A program made the position numbers and the translations under genes. Below are positions 42,838-55,671 of a DNA stretch of 64,000 bases, one piece after another. The DNA lies in assembly GCA_033442325.1 (NCBI GenBank), contig JAWQFM010000004.1:1622316-1686315 (forward strand), in the 5' to 3' direction. Origin of the DNA: Salpingoeca rosetta (lineage: Eukaryota; Protista; Choanoflagellata). Each line of letters begins with the position of its first letter. The stretch's first letter is position 1. Below the pieces are notes generated by a model, which was given only the letters and a program-made list of their open reading frames with translations, ran no database searches and had not been told where the DNA came from.

Positions 42838-42916
42838 GGTATTGCGACGTTTATGGTCAACTGCTTTCTCGACGCTCGCGCCGCTCCTCGGATTCAAGGC
42901 CGCCATGTTCAACCTG

Positions 42917-43011
<95 letters not shown>

Positions 43012-43241
43012 TTCGTGTACTGTTCGTTTTTCGTTCGCTTTCACAACAACGCTCATCATACATACATCACCGCCGCCTCCAACTGCAGGTATTCACGTGC
43101 AACGTGCCCTCTGTGCGGCTGTGGCAGCGACTTGGCTTCCAGCAAATTGGGCTGCTGCCCAACGCTGGAAACATGAAGGGCGTGGGCATGTCTGACGCAA
43201 TCATCTTCTACAAGGCATTTGAGGAGGACGCCCAGACCTGA
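42838..43241 (+). CDS. 3' exons of an Mpr1-like (L-azetidine-2-carboxylate) GNAT N-acetyltransferase, with an apparent +1 frameshift near 42870
   Basis: Exons 42838-42916 and 43089-43241 give GIATFMVNCFL/TLAPLLGFKAAMFNLVFTCNVPSVRLWQRLGFQQIGLLPNAG...DAIIFYKAF. This matches the recalled Mpr1 signature APLLGFKxxxFNLVFxxNxxSxxxWxxLxFxxIGxxPxAG. Confidence 0.8.
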
Positions 43242-43849
43242 TGCAGTTGTGAGTGGTGTGTGTGATGGTCATAATATGCTCGCGTTGCCTCACCCTCATC
43301 ACACGTGTGCACATGAGGCACAGCGGCACTACTGTCGACACGTGCGTGGTGTGCGTGTGCGTGTTTACGTGCGTCTGCAAGAGCGGAGAGATTCGATAAC
43401 GTGGCAAATGCGAAGCAGCAAGAACGGCAATGACAATGCAAAAGGCAGGGAAGAGTCCCAAGCACACCCACACACCCACACACACACGCACGCTCGCACG
43501 AACGAAGGAAGATCGAACGGAAGGTGGAGGGGAATTGAGGGGAGGGAGGTGTCAGGGCAGGGGCAACAGAACAAACAATGTGCAAGACAGGAACGAGGGG
43601 AGAGGAGGGGGAGAGGAGGAGTGAAGGACGAGGGGAAGAGTTCACAGCACACGCGTGCAAGTCAGCAAAGGGGTGGGTGGAAGAGGGGATGGCACACATA
43701 CACAAAACAAGGGAACTGGTCTGCACAAGGACGAAACGGAGACGAAAAATCAAAGCGAGCAAGAGGGCAAGCTGCTGCACACGCAACAGCAGCGGTAGCG
43801 ATTGCGCCCTGGCGTGATGTTGATACGTGTACTTGTATCTCGGTTGCTT

Positions 43850-43985
43850 CTATTCCATTTCATCCAACCTGGAACGTGTGAACAAAGTAGGTGCATGTGT
43901 GCGTGTGTGTGCGTAAGTTACGAGACGCAGATGTGCGGAAGCACGTCGTGGGTGCAAGCACATATCACACAGACACACACACACA

Positions 43986-44026
<41 letters not shown>

Positions 44027-45155
44027 ACTTTGGCAGTGCGGGGAGGTGCTTGCGGCGCTTTGCGAGCGTTGACTCGGAGATTGGGGCGAGGGAGACGGGG
44101 GATGGCGTGTCCTTGGCGGTGAACATGGCCTCAACTGTCGCCTTCATCTGCGCAACGTGTGTTGGCGACAGCTTCTCGTCCATCTGCCCGGCCGGCGCCG
44201 TCGACGGGCGCTCTCCTGGTGGTGATGGTGATGGTGGTGATGGTGAGGTGGGTGATAATGAGGGGTGAATGATCGGGCACGTGGCGGTAGCAACGGGTGT
44301 TACAAACCCGGACAGGACCTGCACGCGCTGCAGGCAAAGTCCAGTCAAGTCCCCCTCTACACAACAGCTGCACAGCACGGCAGGTGTGGCGACTCACTGA
44401 GCCATGGGTGGAGGAGGGCCTGGTGTGCCGTGATGCGGCGCTCCGGGTCCGTGTGCAGCATGCCCTGGATCAGCCTGATGGCGGTGGTGGTGGTGGTGGG
44501 AAGGAGGGGGCGTACGGGGGACGAGTGAGGATGGGAATGCGTGTGGAGGGGGCAGGACAGGGGACGGGTTGGACCAAGCCAACGGATACACATGTACACG
44601 AGAACAGAAACACACACACGCACGCAAACACACACACTCACACACACACACGCACGCAAACACACACACAAACACACACACACACTCACACACACACACA
44701 CGCGCGCGCGCGCGCAAACCAACTCACTCCTTTGCCGAGTCTGAGACGGCGTGCCAGACGGGATGGCCAAATGGGGCGGCACCAACGGTGATGCGCTTCA
44801 AAATGTCCTCGGATGTGTCTGTGGGCGCCGATGCAAACGGCGGGAAGCCGGCGAGCGTGATGTACAGCAGCACACCCACACTCCACATGTCGCACGCCTT
44901 GTCGTAGCCCTGCTTCTTGAGGACCTCCGGCGCGACGAAGTTGGCGGTGTAGCACGGCGTCATCAGCATCCCGTTCTCCGCAGTCAGCTGGTAGGGGGTG
45001 TGGGGGGGCGTGATGGGTGATGGTGAGTCGAAGAAGGTGGTTGGAATCTTGTGTGTTGCAGCGCCAAGGAAGACCAGTACACACACACACACACACAGAC
45101 ACACACAGACACACACACGCACACGCACACACGCACACACACACACACGCACACA

Positions 45156-45224
<69 letters not shown>

Positions 45225-45937
45225 ACACAGACACACACAGACACACACACGCACACACACGCACACGCGCGCACACCTGCTTTGCAAACCCAAAGTCGGC
45301 AATGCGTATGGACTCTGGCGTGTGTGAGGGGTCGGCGTAGAGGATGTTGCTCGGCTTGAGGTCGCGGTGCACAACCTGATGGTGAGCGTTGGTGGTGTGA
45401 CAGTGGTGTTGGTGAAATGCAATGGTTGGTGGGTGGTGAGTGGATGGAAGAAAGGGTAAGGAAACCAGATTTGGACGGAGAGTGAGGTATGTTAGATGCC
45501 ATTTGTGTATGAGAGTGATGGCAAGGGTACACGCATCAATAGTGTGTGCAGAGCATGGAATGCGTACGTTTTGGCTGTGGAGGTAATCGATGACTTCAAT
45601 GAGCAGCCGGATGATGGGCTGCGCTTCTTGCTCTCTGATGGGCAATTGAAGAAGGGGGAGATGAGAATGTGTGCAAGTGTGAGTACAACATGCGCATGCG
45701 TGGAGGCATGACGAGTGAAGCAGAACGACACAGGAATACATGCTGATGTGCATATGCACGTGTGTCAACGTACGAGAGGCGGCCGTGCTCAAGAATGCGA
45801 TCAAGGAGCTCTCCGCCGCGCAGCAGCTCCGTCACTGCCGATGGCGATGGTGACAGGTGGTGTTGACAGCGCAGGGATCATTAATACGCAGCACGCGTGA
45901 ACACACACACATACACACACCATCACATACACGCACG

Positions 45938-45986
<49 letters not shown>

Positions 45987-47184
45987 ACACACACACCATC
46001 GCATACACGCGCAAGTCTGGCGCACCGAGGTAGCAGCTGTTTCCCTCGTCAAACACCTCGTAGAGGGTGAGGATGTTGGGGTGCCCGCCGTAGCGGAAGA
46101 GAATGTCAATCTCATCCTCAGGGTTGCGCTTGAGTTTGTCGATAATCTTGATGGCAAACTCCTTGCCCGTCGCCTTGTGCACGCCGCGCTTGCACACGCT
46201 GAACGTGCCCGCGCCTGCGCGCCGTGTTGTTGTTGGGGGTGATTGGTTGTGGTGTTGAGGGTGAGTGTGGTTGTGGTTCAGGCGAGTCAAGGACAAGGGT
46301 GGGGGGAGGAGAGGTGAGTGGAAGGAACAGCAGCAAGGCAACAACGCAACAACACAACAAGCGCCATCACCACCACCACCCGCCACCAACCATCACCAGT
46401 TATCACACGCACCGAGAATGTCCTCCTTGATTTCGTATTCGAGGATGATGGGTGTGCGCTTCACCTTCGGGTGCAGATCGGCCTGGTCCCGGCAGTGCGC
46501 AGGATGACGTTGACGACGTTCATGGGGTCGAGTAACAGCGGTGAGGTGACGCGATTGCATGCAAGCATGAAGGGATTAAGTGTGTGTATGTGTATGTGTG
46601 TGTGTATATGTGTATGTATATGTGTGTATGTGTGTATGTGTATGTGTATGTGTGTATGTGTATTTGTGTGTACATGTATATGTGTATGTGTATGTGTTTG
46701 TGTATGTGTGTACATGTGTATATGTGTATGTGTACATGTGTATGTGCATGTGTCACGGGCGACAATTGACAGCAGCTCACCCTGAGCGGCTTTGCGACGG
46801 CCTTGCGAGATTCGTCCGTCTGCACATTGGCACGACGAAACAGAGAGGGGCGAGTGGCGTGAGCGACAAAGATGCTTGCAGGCAAAACAAGACAGAATGC
46901 GAGCTGTGCCAGCCCCAGAATATTATTTTCGGGCGGGCGAAACGCGATAGACAGTCCACAAAACGCATGCTGCCTCCGTCGTACTCACGAGGACGGATGG
47001 GGAGACGTAGCTGAAGTGCTGGAACATGTCAATGTGGCCAGCAGTCGGCGGCGGCGCGGGCGAATCTGCACATACACACATACACATATACACGCACGCG
47101 CGCGCATGCGCAGGTGAGTTACAGTGGAAACATCGTGTCATTGGTGCAACATGCACAAACATCATGTGTGTGCACGTGTGTGTG

Positions 47185-47270
<86 letters not shown>

Positions 47271-47387
47271 ACACACCGNNNNNNNNNNNNNNNNNNNNNN
47301 NNNNNNNNNNNNNNNNNNNNNNNNNNNNNNNNNNNNNNNNNNNNNNNNNNNNNNNNNNNNNNNNNNNNNNNNNNNNNNNNNNNNNNN

Positions 47388-47456
<69 letters not shown>

Positions 47457-48227
47457 GCATCGATGGTTGCACGGACCGAGGCGGGCTGTGGGGACGCGCT
47501 TGAAGAGTTTGCGGAGGAGCGATTGCGCCTGAGGGGACAGGAACTGCGGCATGGACAGCCGCGCCCTGCAGTGGTTATGTGACGTGATGTGACGTGATGT
47601 GACGTGAGGTGGGGCTGCTTGTTGCCGTTGCTACACACACGCACACACAACACACGCAGCACACTGCAGTACACGCTCCAAGTCATCACTACTGCCTTCT
47701 CCCCCCCCCCCAGCACACCAGTCCCTCTAATTCCACCACCACCGCCAGCTCACTTGAGGATCATCTGCATGGTGGTCTTGCGGTTGTCCGATGTGAAGGG
47801 CAGCTCGCCCGTGAGCATCTCGTACATGAGCACGCCAAAGGACCACCAGTCCGCAGACTGGTCGTGGCCCTTCCTGTTGACCACCTCGGGCGCCATGTAC
47901 TCGACAGTCCCGCAGAAGGAGTACGTCTTGCCCTCCGCCGTCTCCGTGTACTCCTTGCACAGCCCAAAGTCCGTCAGGGCAATGTGCCCCGAGTCGTGGA
48001 GGAGAATGTTTTCGGGCTTGAGGTCGCGGTAGATAACGCCAAGACTGTGCACGTGCTCCAGGGCCAGGCACAGCTCGGCCAGGTAGAACTGCACATCCTG
48101 CTCCGTGAACATCACCTGATGGTGGTGGTGGTGGTGAAAAGGTGGATGGTGGTGGTTGAAGTGGGTGAGAGTGTGGGTGGGTGGTTGGAGTGGGTGAGAA
48201 ATTAGTGGATGGCGGGTGAGCACAAGG

Positions 48228-48304
<77 letters not shown>

Positions 48305-48830
48305 AGACCGCTGTGCACGCGACTGCACCTCGTTGCTGAGTCTGGTGAAGAGGTCGCCGCCGCGGAGAAAATCCATGATGATGTACAGCTTTCCCGCCGT
48401 CTGGAACGCTGCTCAGGCGGCGGTGGTGATGATGGTGGTGATGATGGTGGCGGGGGAACATGGTGAGTGCACGTGTGTGTGTATGTGTGTGAATATGTCC
48501 GCAAGTGTGCTTGTGTGTGTGTGTGCTTGTGTGTGTGTGTGTGTGCTTGTGTGTGTGTGTGCTTGTGTGTGTGTGTGTGTTTGTGTGTGTGTGTGACATA
48601 ATAACTTCACAAGAGCGCACGTACACGTGCACATGCAGGGTACAGCAACACGACAGAAGTAATGACAGTGCGGGTGACGGACCGTAGTGCATGTGGACGA
48701 TAAACGGGTGACGGATGGACGCCAGAATGTCGCGCTCCGCTTTCGTGCGGAACCGATCACGCACTGGCACACATGGACAGATGTGGTCGGTCGATGGTGG
48801 AGAGGTATGAGTGGATGATTGAATGGGCCA

Positions 48831-48911
<81 letters not shown>

Positions 48912-49003
48912 AATGGCTGACCTTTGAGAGTAGCCTTCTTGAGCACTTTCATGGCGTAGAGGGTGCCGGCATCCTTGCCCGTCTTCTTCCTTACAAGGAA
49001 CAC
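43850..49003 (-). CDS. RPS6KA: p90 ribosomal S6 kinase (RSK/RPS6KA) with two kinase domains; 5' exons missing, AGC C-tail exon(s) probably in the N-gap
   Basis: N-terminal kinase: [38 protein letters not shown]. Hydrophobic motif FQHFSY. C-terminal kinase: [50 protein letters not shown]-docking LAKRRK. Confidence 0.95.
47279..47387. other. Assembly gap inside RSK
   Basis: N run flanked by GT/CA tracts. Confidence 0.99.
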
Positions 49004-49139
49004 CTGATGCAACAGCAATGACGGCAATGATGGAGCGTGGGAACGTCGCGTGATCGCGTGCGTGCGTGTGTGTGTGTGTCTATAAAAGAGCAGACGGAAC
49101 ACGCATGCATGCATACACACACGCACACACGCACGCACC

Positions 49140-49582
49140 ATGCCAGAGGTACGCATGTGTGTGTGTGTGTGTCTGTGTATATCTGTCTGTGCCTGTGTGT
49201 CTGTGGAGATGTGTGCATTTCTATGTCTGCCAATCCTTGCTGTCTGTGCGTTTCTGGCTCACTGTCTCCCTACCCAAGACTCCTTCCTCTTCCCTCCAAC
49301 TCACAGTTTCCATTACCGCTCACCCCACACATCACACCCCTCTTAATCCCCCCGCCCAAACCACCATCACTCTAATCTCCCAAACACGACCACCGCCGCC
49401 AATCACCACCGCCACAGGGCCAGGTTGACTCGCTGATGCAGGAGGTTGCTGACCAGCACGGGCTTGAGCTCGGCTCCGAGCTGTCCATCCCATCTGGCAG
49501 CGTCTCTGTCGGCACTTCCTCTGCCGCCAACCGCGAGCAGGACGAGCTCTCGGAACGCCTCGCAAAGCTCAGGGGCAACTGA
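49140..49582 (+). CDS. CHMP1: 3' fragment of ESCRT-III CHMP1/Did2: remnant ATG CCA GAG of the penultimate exon plus final exon 49418-49582 (not in the ORF track)
   Basis: The final exon translates GQVDSLMQEVADQHGLELGSELSIPSGSVSVGTSSAANREQDELSERLAKLRGN-stop, closely like the CHMP1B C-terminus with its MIM1 motif (DELSxRLAxLR). Intron 49149-49417 is GT...AG. Confidence 0.9.
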
Positions 49583-49727
49583 GGTGGTGTGATTGTGATT
49601 TATGTGTTGTGTGTGTGTGTGTGATTGTGATGTTGTGATTGTGATTTTTTGCGTTGTGTGTGCGTGTGTGTGTGTGTTTAAGTGTGTGTGTGTGTGTGAT
49701 TGTGTGTGTGTGTGTGTGTTGTGTGTG

Positions 49728-49783
<56 letters not shown>

Positions 49784-50243
49784 CGCGCGCGCGAGATCGA
49801 CTGTACGTTTGCCCGTTTGACTGTGCGTGCAATCGGCTGTACGTCCGCCCGTTCCTCCACCTCTTTGTATTTTTTGTTTTGTGTGTGTGTAGCGCATGTT
49901 CCCCCCTCCCCGATCCAGTCTTTTGTCGCCCATATCCCCTCCCCGTCTCTCCCTCTCCCATCCCTCTCCCATCTCTCGTCATCCGCCCGCCCACCCAAAT
50001 GCTGCTGCTTTGACGCTTCAATTTTCACCTTGTGTATGGTTTCGTTCACTACTAACCGCAAGTTCCCTCTGGAAGTAAACACAACGCCACGTGCGCCAAC
50101 TTGTATAATCAACTCACGATTTGGAACGTAGAACTGGGAACTGAGAACGGGGGATCAAGCCTACAGAGGAAGGGCTTCAGGCATGCGCAAACACGAACAT
50201 AGACGCCTGCGCACACGCAATCACACACACACACACACACCAC

Positions 50244-50293
<50 letters not shown>

Positions 50294-50351
50294 ACACAAC
50301 ACACACACACACACACACACAACACAACACAACACACACACAACACACGTG

Positions 50352-51969
50352 TCATGCTGCCGGGGTGACGTGACCACCGGATACGGCGCCCGTCGATGTC
50401 GATGTCGATGTCGATGTCGACGACTGCGGTGGCGGCGGTGGACTGCCATGACGTGTAATCGGAGCGGATGTGGTGCGGCTGACACGCGACGATGTGGACA
50501 GCGACGAGGGCACGGGGTCTGCGGAGAGAACGGTCGTGTGGTGCACCTCCACCGTGCAGTGTGCAGGCAGGTACGGCTCGAGCAGGTACGCGTCGAGCTG
50601 CGTGTTGATGTCCGACAGCTGCGACGACAGCGAGCGGACCGCCGTGATGGTGTCCTGGGCGCAAGGAGGAACGGTGGGGTGACGCGGGGAGGAGAGGGGG
50701 TTGAGATGGGGAGGAGGGGGTTGAGGTGGGAGTGAGTAAGCCATGCAAAAGGCGCACTGTGGTCACAGTGGACACATTAGAGCACACATACGCGCGCACA
50801 CACACACACACACACATACGCACACACACGCACCTGTGTTGTGTTTTGGGCTTTCGTGAGCTTGGTGGATGTGGCCGTGATGGTGGAGTGAACGCTGCTG
50901 GAGAGAGATGTGCTCAGTTTCGTCACGTGCTGCCGCAGCTGAGCCGTGTGTTTTCCTGCTCATGATAAAAGAAGGAAGTGTGGCGAACGATGGCGATAGG
51001 GTGAACTCATTGGGCGGTACACTTACACGCGTGTGTGCAACACAAGCGAGCGACTGTGTACCATTGCCGGGCAACAACAAGAAGCAGCAAGCGCTTCAAG
51101 CACTCACTGAGGTACGCCTCGCGGACGGGTGATGCGCCAGTTACCCTGTTTGGTGCAATGAACGCGCACACGTTTGCGTGAGCAGAGCAACCAAGCATCA
51201 GGAACGAAACGGATGAAAACACAATTGCGGCAGATTCACAGCCAAGGATTGACACAGACAGGAACCATCAACAACAACACAACCACTCATGATCACACAA
51301 TCACAAGCCACAACAAATCTCACCGCAGCACAATCACAGCCACACCAACCAAAACGCACTCTGTTTGTGGCACGCCGCCTGTGGCCGCTGGGCAGGTGCT
51401 GTCGGATTCTGTGGCGGCAACGGCTTTCTTGCCAGCTTCTGAGTCTGCAACACGTTCCTTCTTGGCCGGTGCACTGTCGCTTGTTGTCTGGCGGTCTGTT
51501 TCGCGTGCACCCTCATCTTCTTCCCTGTCCCCCTTGTCTTCCTCATCGTCGCCTTCGTCTTCTTCTTCGTCTGACTCCGAATCCTCGCCTTGTACAACAC
51601 CCTGCGTTGAGCGATGCAAGGCGCCTTGCATGAGAGGGTGTGTGGCCGAGAAGCCATCTCCAAGGCAAACACACAAGTGCGATGGAGGTGGGCAAGCTCA
51701 AACACGCAAGCATACACGCACAGAGCACGCACACTCATACACAATCATACACACACTCACACACACACACACAGCACACAACCCACCGAAGGCGATGATG
51801 ATTGCTGCCGTGCTTGCTTTGTTGTCTTCTTTGCCCCTTGTACATCCCCCCTCACCTCATTCACCTCATCCACCTGTTCCTGTTCCTCTTCTTCCTCCGT
51901 CTCTGTCTCCGACTCTGTGTCCTCCCCAGCCACAACCACTGCAGCCGCCCTTGCTTCCTCGTCTGCCAT
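50352..51969 (-). CDS. BLOC1S3: BLOC-1 subunit 3 (BLOS3)-like protein, 5 exons (51969-51787, 51601-51360, 51145-51108, 50955-50834, 50654-50352)
   Basis: Two acidic motifs VVAGEDTESETE and VVQGEDSESDEE, like the human V(V/A)xGEAxETDSE pair. Then a helical region YLRKHTAQLRQHV...TKLTKAQNTTQDTITAVRSLSSQLSDINTQLD...YLP. All splice phases are consistent. Confidence 0.7.
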
Positions 51970-52397
51970 CTTCGTCTGCGATGGAGCAGTTGGGACGATT
52001 TATGGAAAACATGCACAAACATTCCACGGGCAGCGCAAACACAAACACAAACACAAAAGCAGCAACGAAAAGAACCCTTGCACCGCGCACACGAGCGTCA
52101 CATCACACCCATGTCAACCATCACACCATCATCACAGCACCACAGCATCACATCAGAGTTATGTCAACAGACATCACCAGCATCAGAGGAACAAGAGGAA
52201 CAAACAGGCAGGCATGCAAGCACGCAGGCAGGCAACGAGGGTTGTATGGAAGAAGTGAAGAAAGCAACATCAACGAGGAGAAGAAGCAGAAGAAGGAGAA
52301 GAAGGAGAAGAAGAAGCAACAGCCATGGGTATCGCACGCACATCGCAGCACGGCACGCACGTTGTGCGCCCACAACGCTGCGACGGCAGCTGCTCAG

Positions 52398-53017
52398 TTA
52401 GTTGCTTGAAAGGGTCTTCTTGGCGTAGTCGTGGGATGCCTCCGCGCCCTTCCTGGCAGATTCGCCAGCGCGGTCCGTGCCTTGCTTGACCTCCTCGCCA
52501 AACTTCTGCCCGGCCTGCTTCATGTCGATGCGCGCGTTGTCTGCGCGGTTCTCCGCCTTCTGCTGCTCGTCCTCGTCCGAGGTCGTCTTGCTCTTGAACG
52601 TGTCCACGACATAGTCCTTGGCGGCCTTGGTCATCTCCGCGGCCTGGTCGTACGCGCTGCTGAGCGTGGACCCGATGGCCGACTCCGTCTCCTTGGCGTG
52701 CTCGCCGGCCTCCTCCTTCTTCGCCTCGCGCTCGCGCTTGGACCACTCCTCGTTCACCTTCTCCTTGGCCTCCCGGGCCTTTTCCTCGGCCGTTTGCTTG
52801 GCTTCCTGCACCTTCTGCTGCGTCGTGTCCTTGGCTTCCTGCGCCTTCTGCTTCAGCTCCTTTCAACGCGGTACGACAACATGGTTTTGCGTACAAGTGT
52901 GTGCGAGCAAGTGTGTGTGAGCTTGGCAACTTGCATGTGATGCGCCCATTGTATGCTGTTATGGATACCGCTACTTTACGCAGACACGCACACGCCCACG
53001 CGCACAAGAACATAACT

Positions 53018-53089
<72 letters not shown>

Positions 53090-53268
53090 TCACACACTCA
53101 CACCCTGCTACGTACCTCGCCGGTGCTCTTGTCAGAGGAGTCTTGCTGCATCCAGTCCTTGGCCTTCTCGTACTTGTCGACGACCGTGTCCTTGGCCTGC
53201 TCATAGTACTGCTTGGCCGCAGACTCAGTCTGCTGCGACTGCCCTTTGATCTCGCCCTTCTGTGGCAT
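52398..53268 (-). CDS. Group-3 LEA-like hydrophilin (exons 53268-53116, 52859-52398)
   Basis: 11-mer repeats KAQEAKDTTQQ / KVQEAKQTAEE / KAREAKEKVNE, plus AKDY motifs. Rich in K/E/A/Q and Cys-free. Confidence 0.75.
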
Positions 53269-53518
53269 GATGGCTTGTGTGCCGTTGGTTGCTTGGTTGT
53301 CTGCTGGCTTGGGACTTGGTTGCGGTTCTCGCGTATTGCTAGCTGCTGTGCTGTTGTCTCGTGCGGTTTCGATCGATTGGAAGTTGTGACGGTTGAGTGA
53401 AAAATGAACCGACACGGTCGGCTTCCGCGCACATGTACTCGCAACCTTTTATTGCCCATGCATCGCGTTGCTTGTGTGTGCGCGGTTGCTGTAGTATCGC
53501 AACTGCTCGCTCTGACAT

Positions 53519-53556
<38 letters not shown>

Positions 53557-53572
53557 GCGTGGTGTTTGTGTT

Positions 53573-53636
53573 GATGTTGCTTGCTTTGTTCGTTGTGTTG
53601 GCTGGATGTTGCTTGCTTTGTTCGTTGTGTTGGCTG
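53573..53636. repeat. Perfect 32-bp tandem duplication upstream of the LEA gene
   Basis: gatgttgcttgctttgttcgttgtgttggctg x2. Confidence 0.9.
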
Positions 53637-54031
53637 GACACACTGCATGCCCCCTTCGATTTGAAGAAACTAAATCAAGATGATGTGCGTGTGTGCATGT
53701 GATCGCGATCACAAGCGTGATGGTGACATCACGCAATTTCAGGCAGTGATGTGTTCGTGAAAGTGAATGGATGGTGATGGTGGGTGATGGTGGATTGCGT
53801 GCTGCATGACCGCATCATTGATCGCATGTAGGCTTTGGGATGCATGATGTGATTGTGTGTGTGTGGGTGTTGCGGTTGCGGTTGCACGTCAGCCCGTCAA
53901 TTCCTTCGTTTATTGCGAAGCAACACACAGTGTCATCAACAAGAAGCAAGACAGTTTAAACACCTACACAAGACCATTTGTGTCGCTCATCCTCGCCACA
54001 ATCAATCGCAACACTGCGTGTTGCTTTCGTC

Positions 54032-54346
54032 TCACTCATCACCACCATCATCATCACCACCACCATCATCACCACCATCATCATCACCATCACCATCACC
54101 TTCGTCCATGGCTTGCCCGAGTCGCATACCAACACCGCCGCGGCCGATGGGAATGCGCGCTGCAATGGGCTCTGTGATGCCGTTGCGGTGCCCAACACCG
54201 CGCCCCTCCCGCCACCCGAGCTTGCGAAGCACTGCAATCGTGATGGCGCCGTGTTTGGGTGGGGTGAGTGGGGTGTACAAGTGGACCGTGTTTGAGTAAA
54301 ACCACGGAGCGTGAAACAGCAGAAGACAGCGCGCTTCCAACACACA

Positions 54347-54386
<40 letters not shown>

Positions 54387-54419
54387 ATCACACACACACA
54401 CCATCACACACACACACCA

Positions 54420-54452
<33 letters not shown>

Positions 54453-55612
54453 ATCACACACACACACACACACACACACACTGANNNNNNNNNNNNNNNN
54501 NNNNNNNNNNNNNNNNNNNNNNNNNNNNNNNNNNNNNNNNNNNNNNNNNNNNNNNNNNNNNNNNNNNNNNNNNNNNNNNNNNNNACACACACACACACAC
54601 ACACTGACGTTGGTAGCCGATGTTGGTGTCGTCGATGGGCTCGGCAGACTGCGCAACCACGTCGCCCTCAAAGTACTCGCTGTCGTACGCGCTGTAGTCG
54701 AGATGATATCCAGATGAGTCGTGCTGCTGCTCCAACTGCCCATCACCTTCATCGTGGCCGTTGCACTGGCCATCATCGTCACCGCCATCGCCTGCGTTTG
54801 CATCATAGTCGTCACCGTAGCCGTAATCACCGTCGTCATCATAGTACTCGCCGCTCTCGTCGTCGTTCTCGCCCCCGCCGCCATAACCATCGTAGCCATC
54901 GCCATCATAGCCGTGGCCATAGTGGTCACCATACTCTTCTTCACCATGTTCATCGTCGTACTGCCCTCCTTCGTACTGCCCTTCTTCATAATACTCTTCC
55001 TCATTCTGCTCTTCGTTCACATCACCACCACCATCATCATCACCACCATCACCACCAGCCTGCTGCTCGCTCTCGTCATGCCCACCCTGGTGCCACCCGC
55101 CAGCCCCGGCCGTTGTCAGGCCGCCAAACACAAACCCTCGCGAGCGCGTGTTGCGCGGAAACGCCCACTCCGCCCCCGACGCAACCCCAATCCGCGCCGC
55201 CGCGTGCTGCCTCGTGTGCACACCCTGATCACCCTCACCCTCGCCCCCACCCTCACCATCACCGTTTGCACCCTCACCATTTGCAGCGGCAGTCAGTAGC
55301 GGCTGTGGGTCGCTCGGGTCGCGCGCACACCCGAGCGCGTCGTACAGCTCGAGGTCGCCGTGCGGGTCGCAGTACGCGCGCGCATACACGCGACGGGCGC
55401 GGGGGAACGCAATGCGAGCGTCGCGAAGAAAGTACGCAAGCTGTGACCGCAGCGTGCGCAGTTTCTGGTACTGCTTGGGGCTCCCATGTACGCGCTTCAC
55501 CTGCACAACAAGCACGTCAAACGCCGCATACGAAGCGTTTTCGTGTTGCCGCTTGCAGCTTTGTTGGCGAGGAGATGCGTTGTTCTTCTGTTGCTTCTTC
55601 TTCGGTGTGTTG

Positions 55613-55671
<59 letters not shown>

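Noticed and set aside
49403-49972. Minus-strand ORF ending VAPELCEAFRELVLL...
   Set aside because: Antisense to the CHMP1 terminal exon
50010-50185. Compositionally atypical stretch between CHMP1 and BLOC1S3 (similar one at about 60680-60800) as ncRNA or micro-exons
   Set aside because: No tRNA, snRNA or snoRNA hallmarks and no in-phase gene model; may be UTR or low-quality consensus
50763-51080. ORF containing MSRKTHG... as a possible RSK N-terminus
   Set aside because: Another frame of this exon splices in phase into the BLOC1S3 model, and no kinase Gly-loop was found between 49150 and 52000
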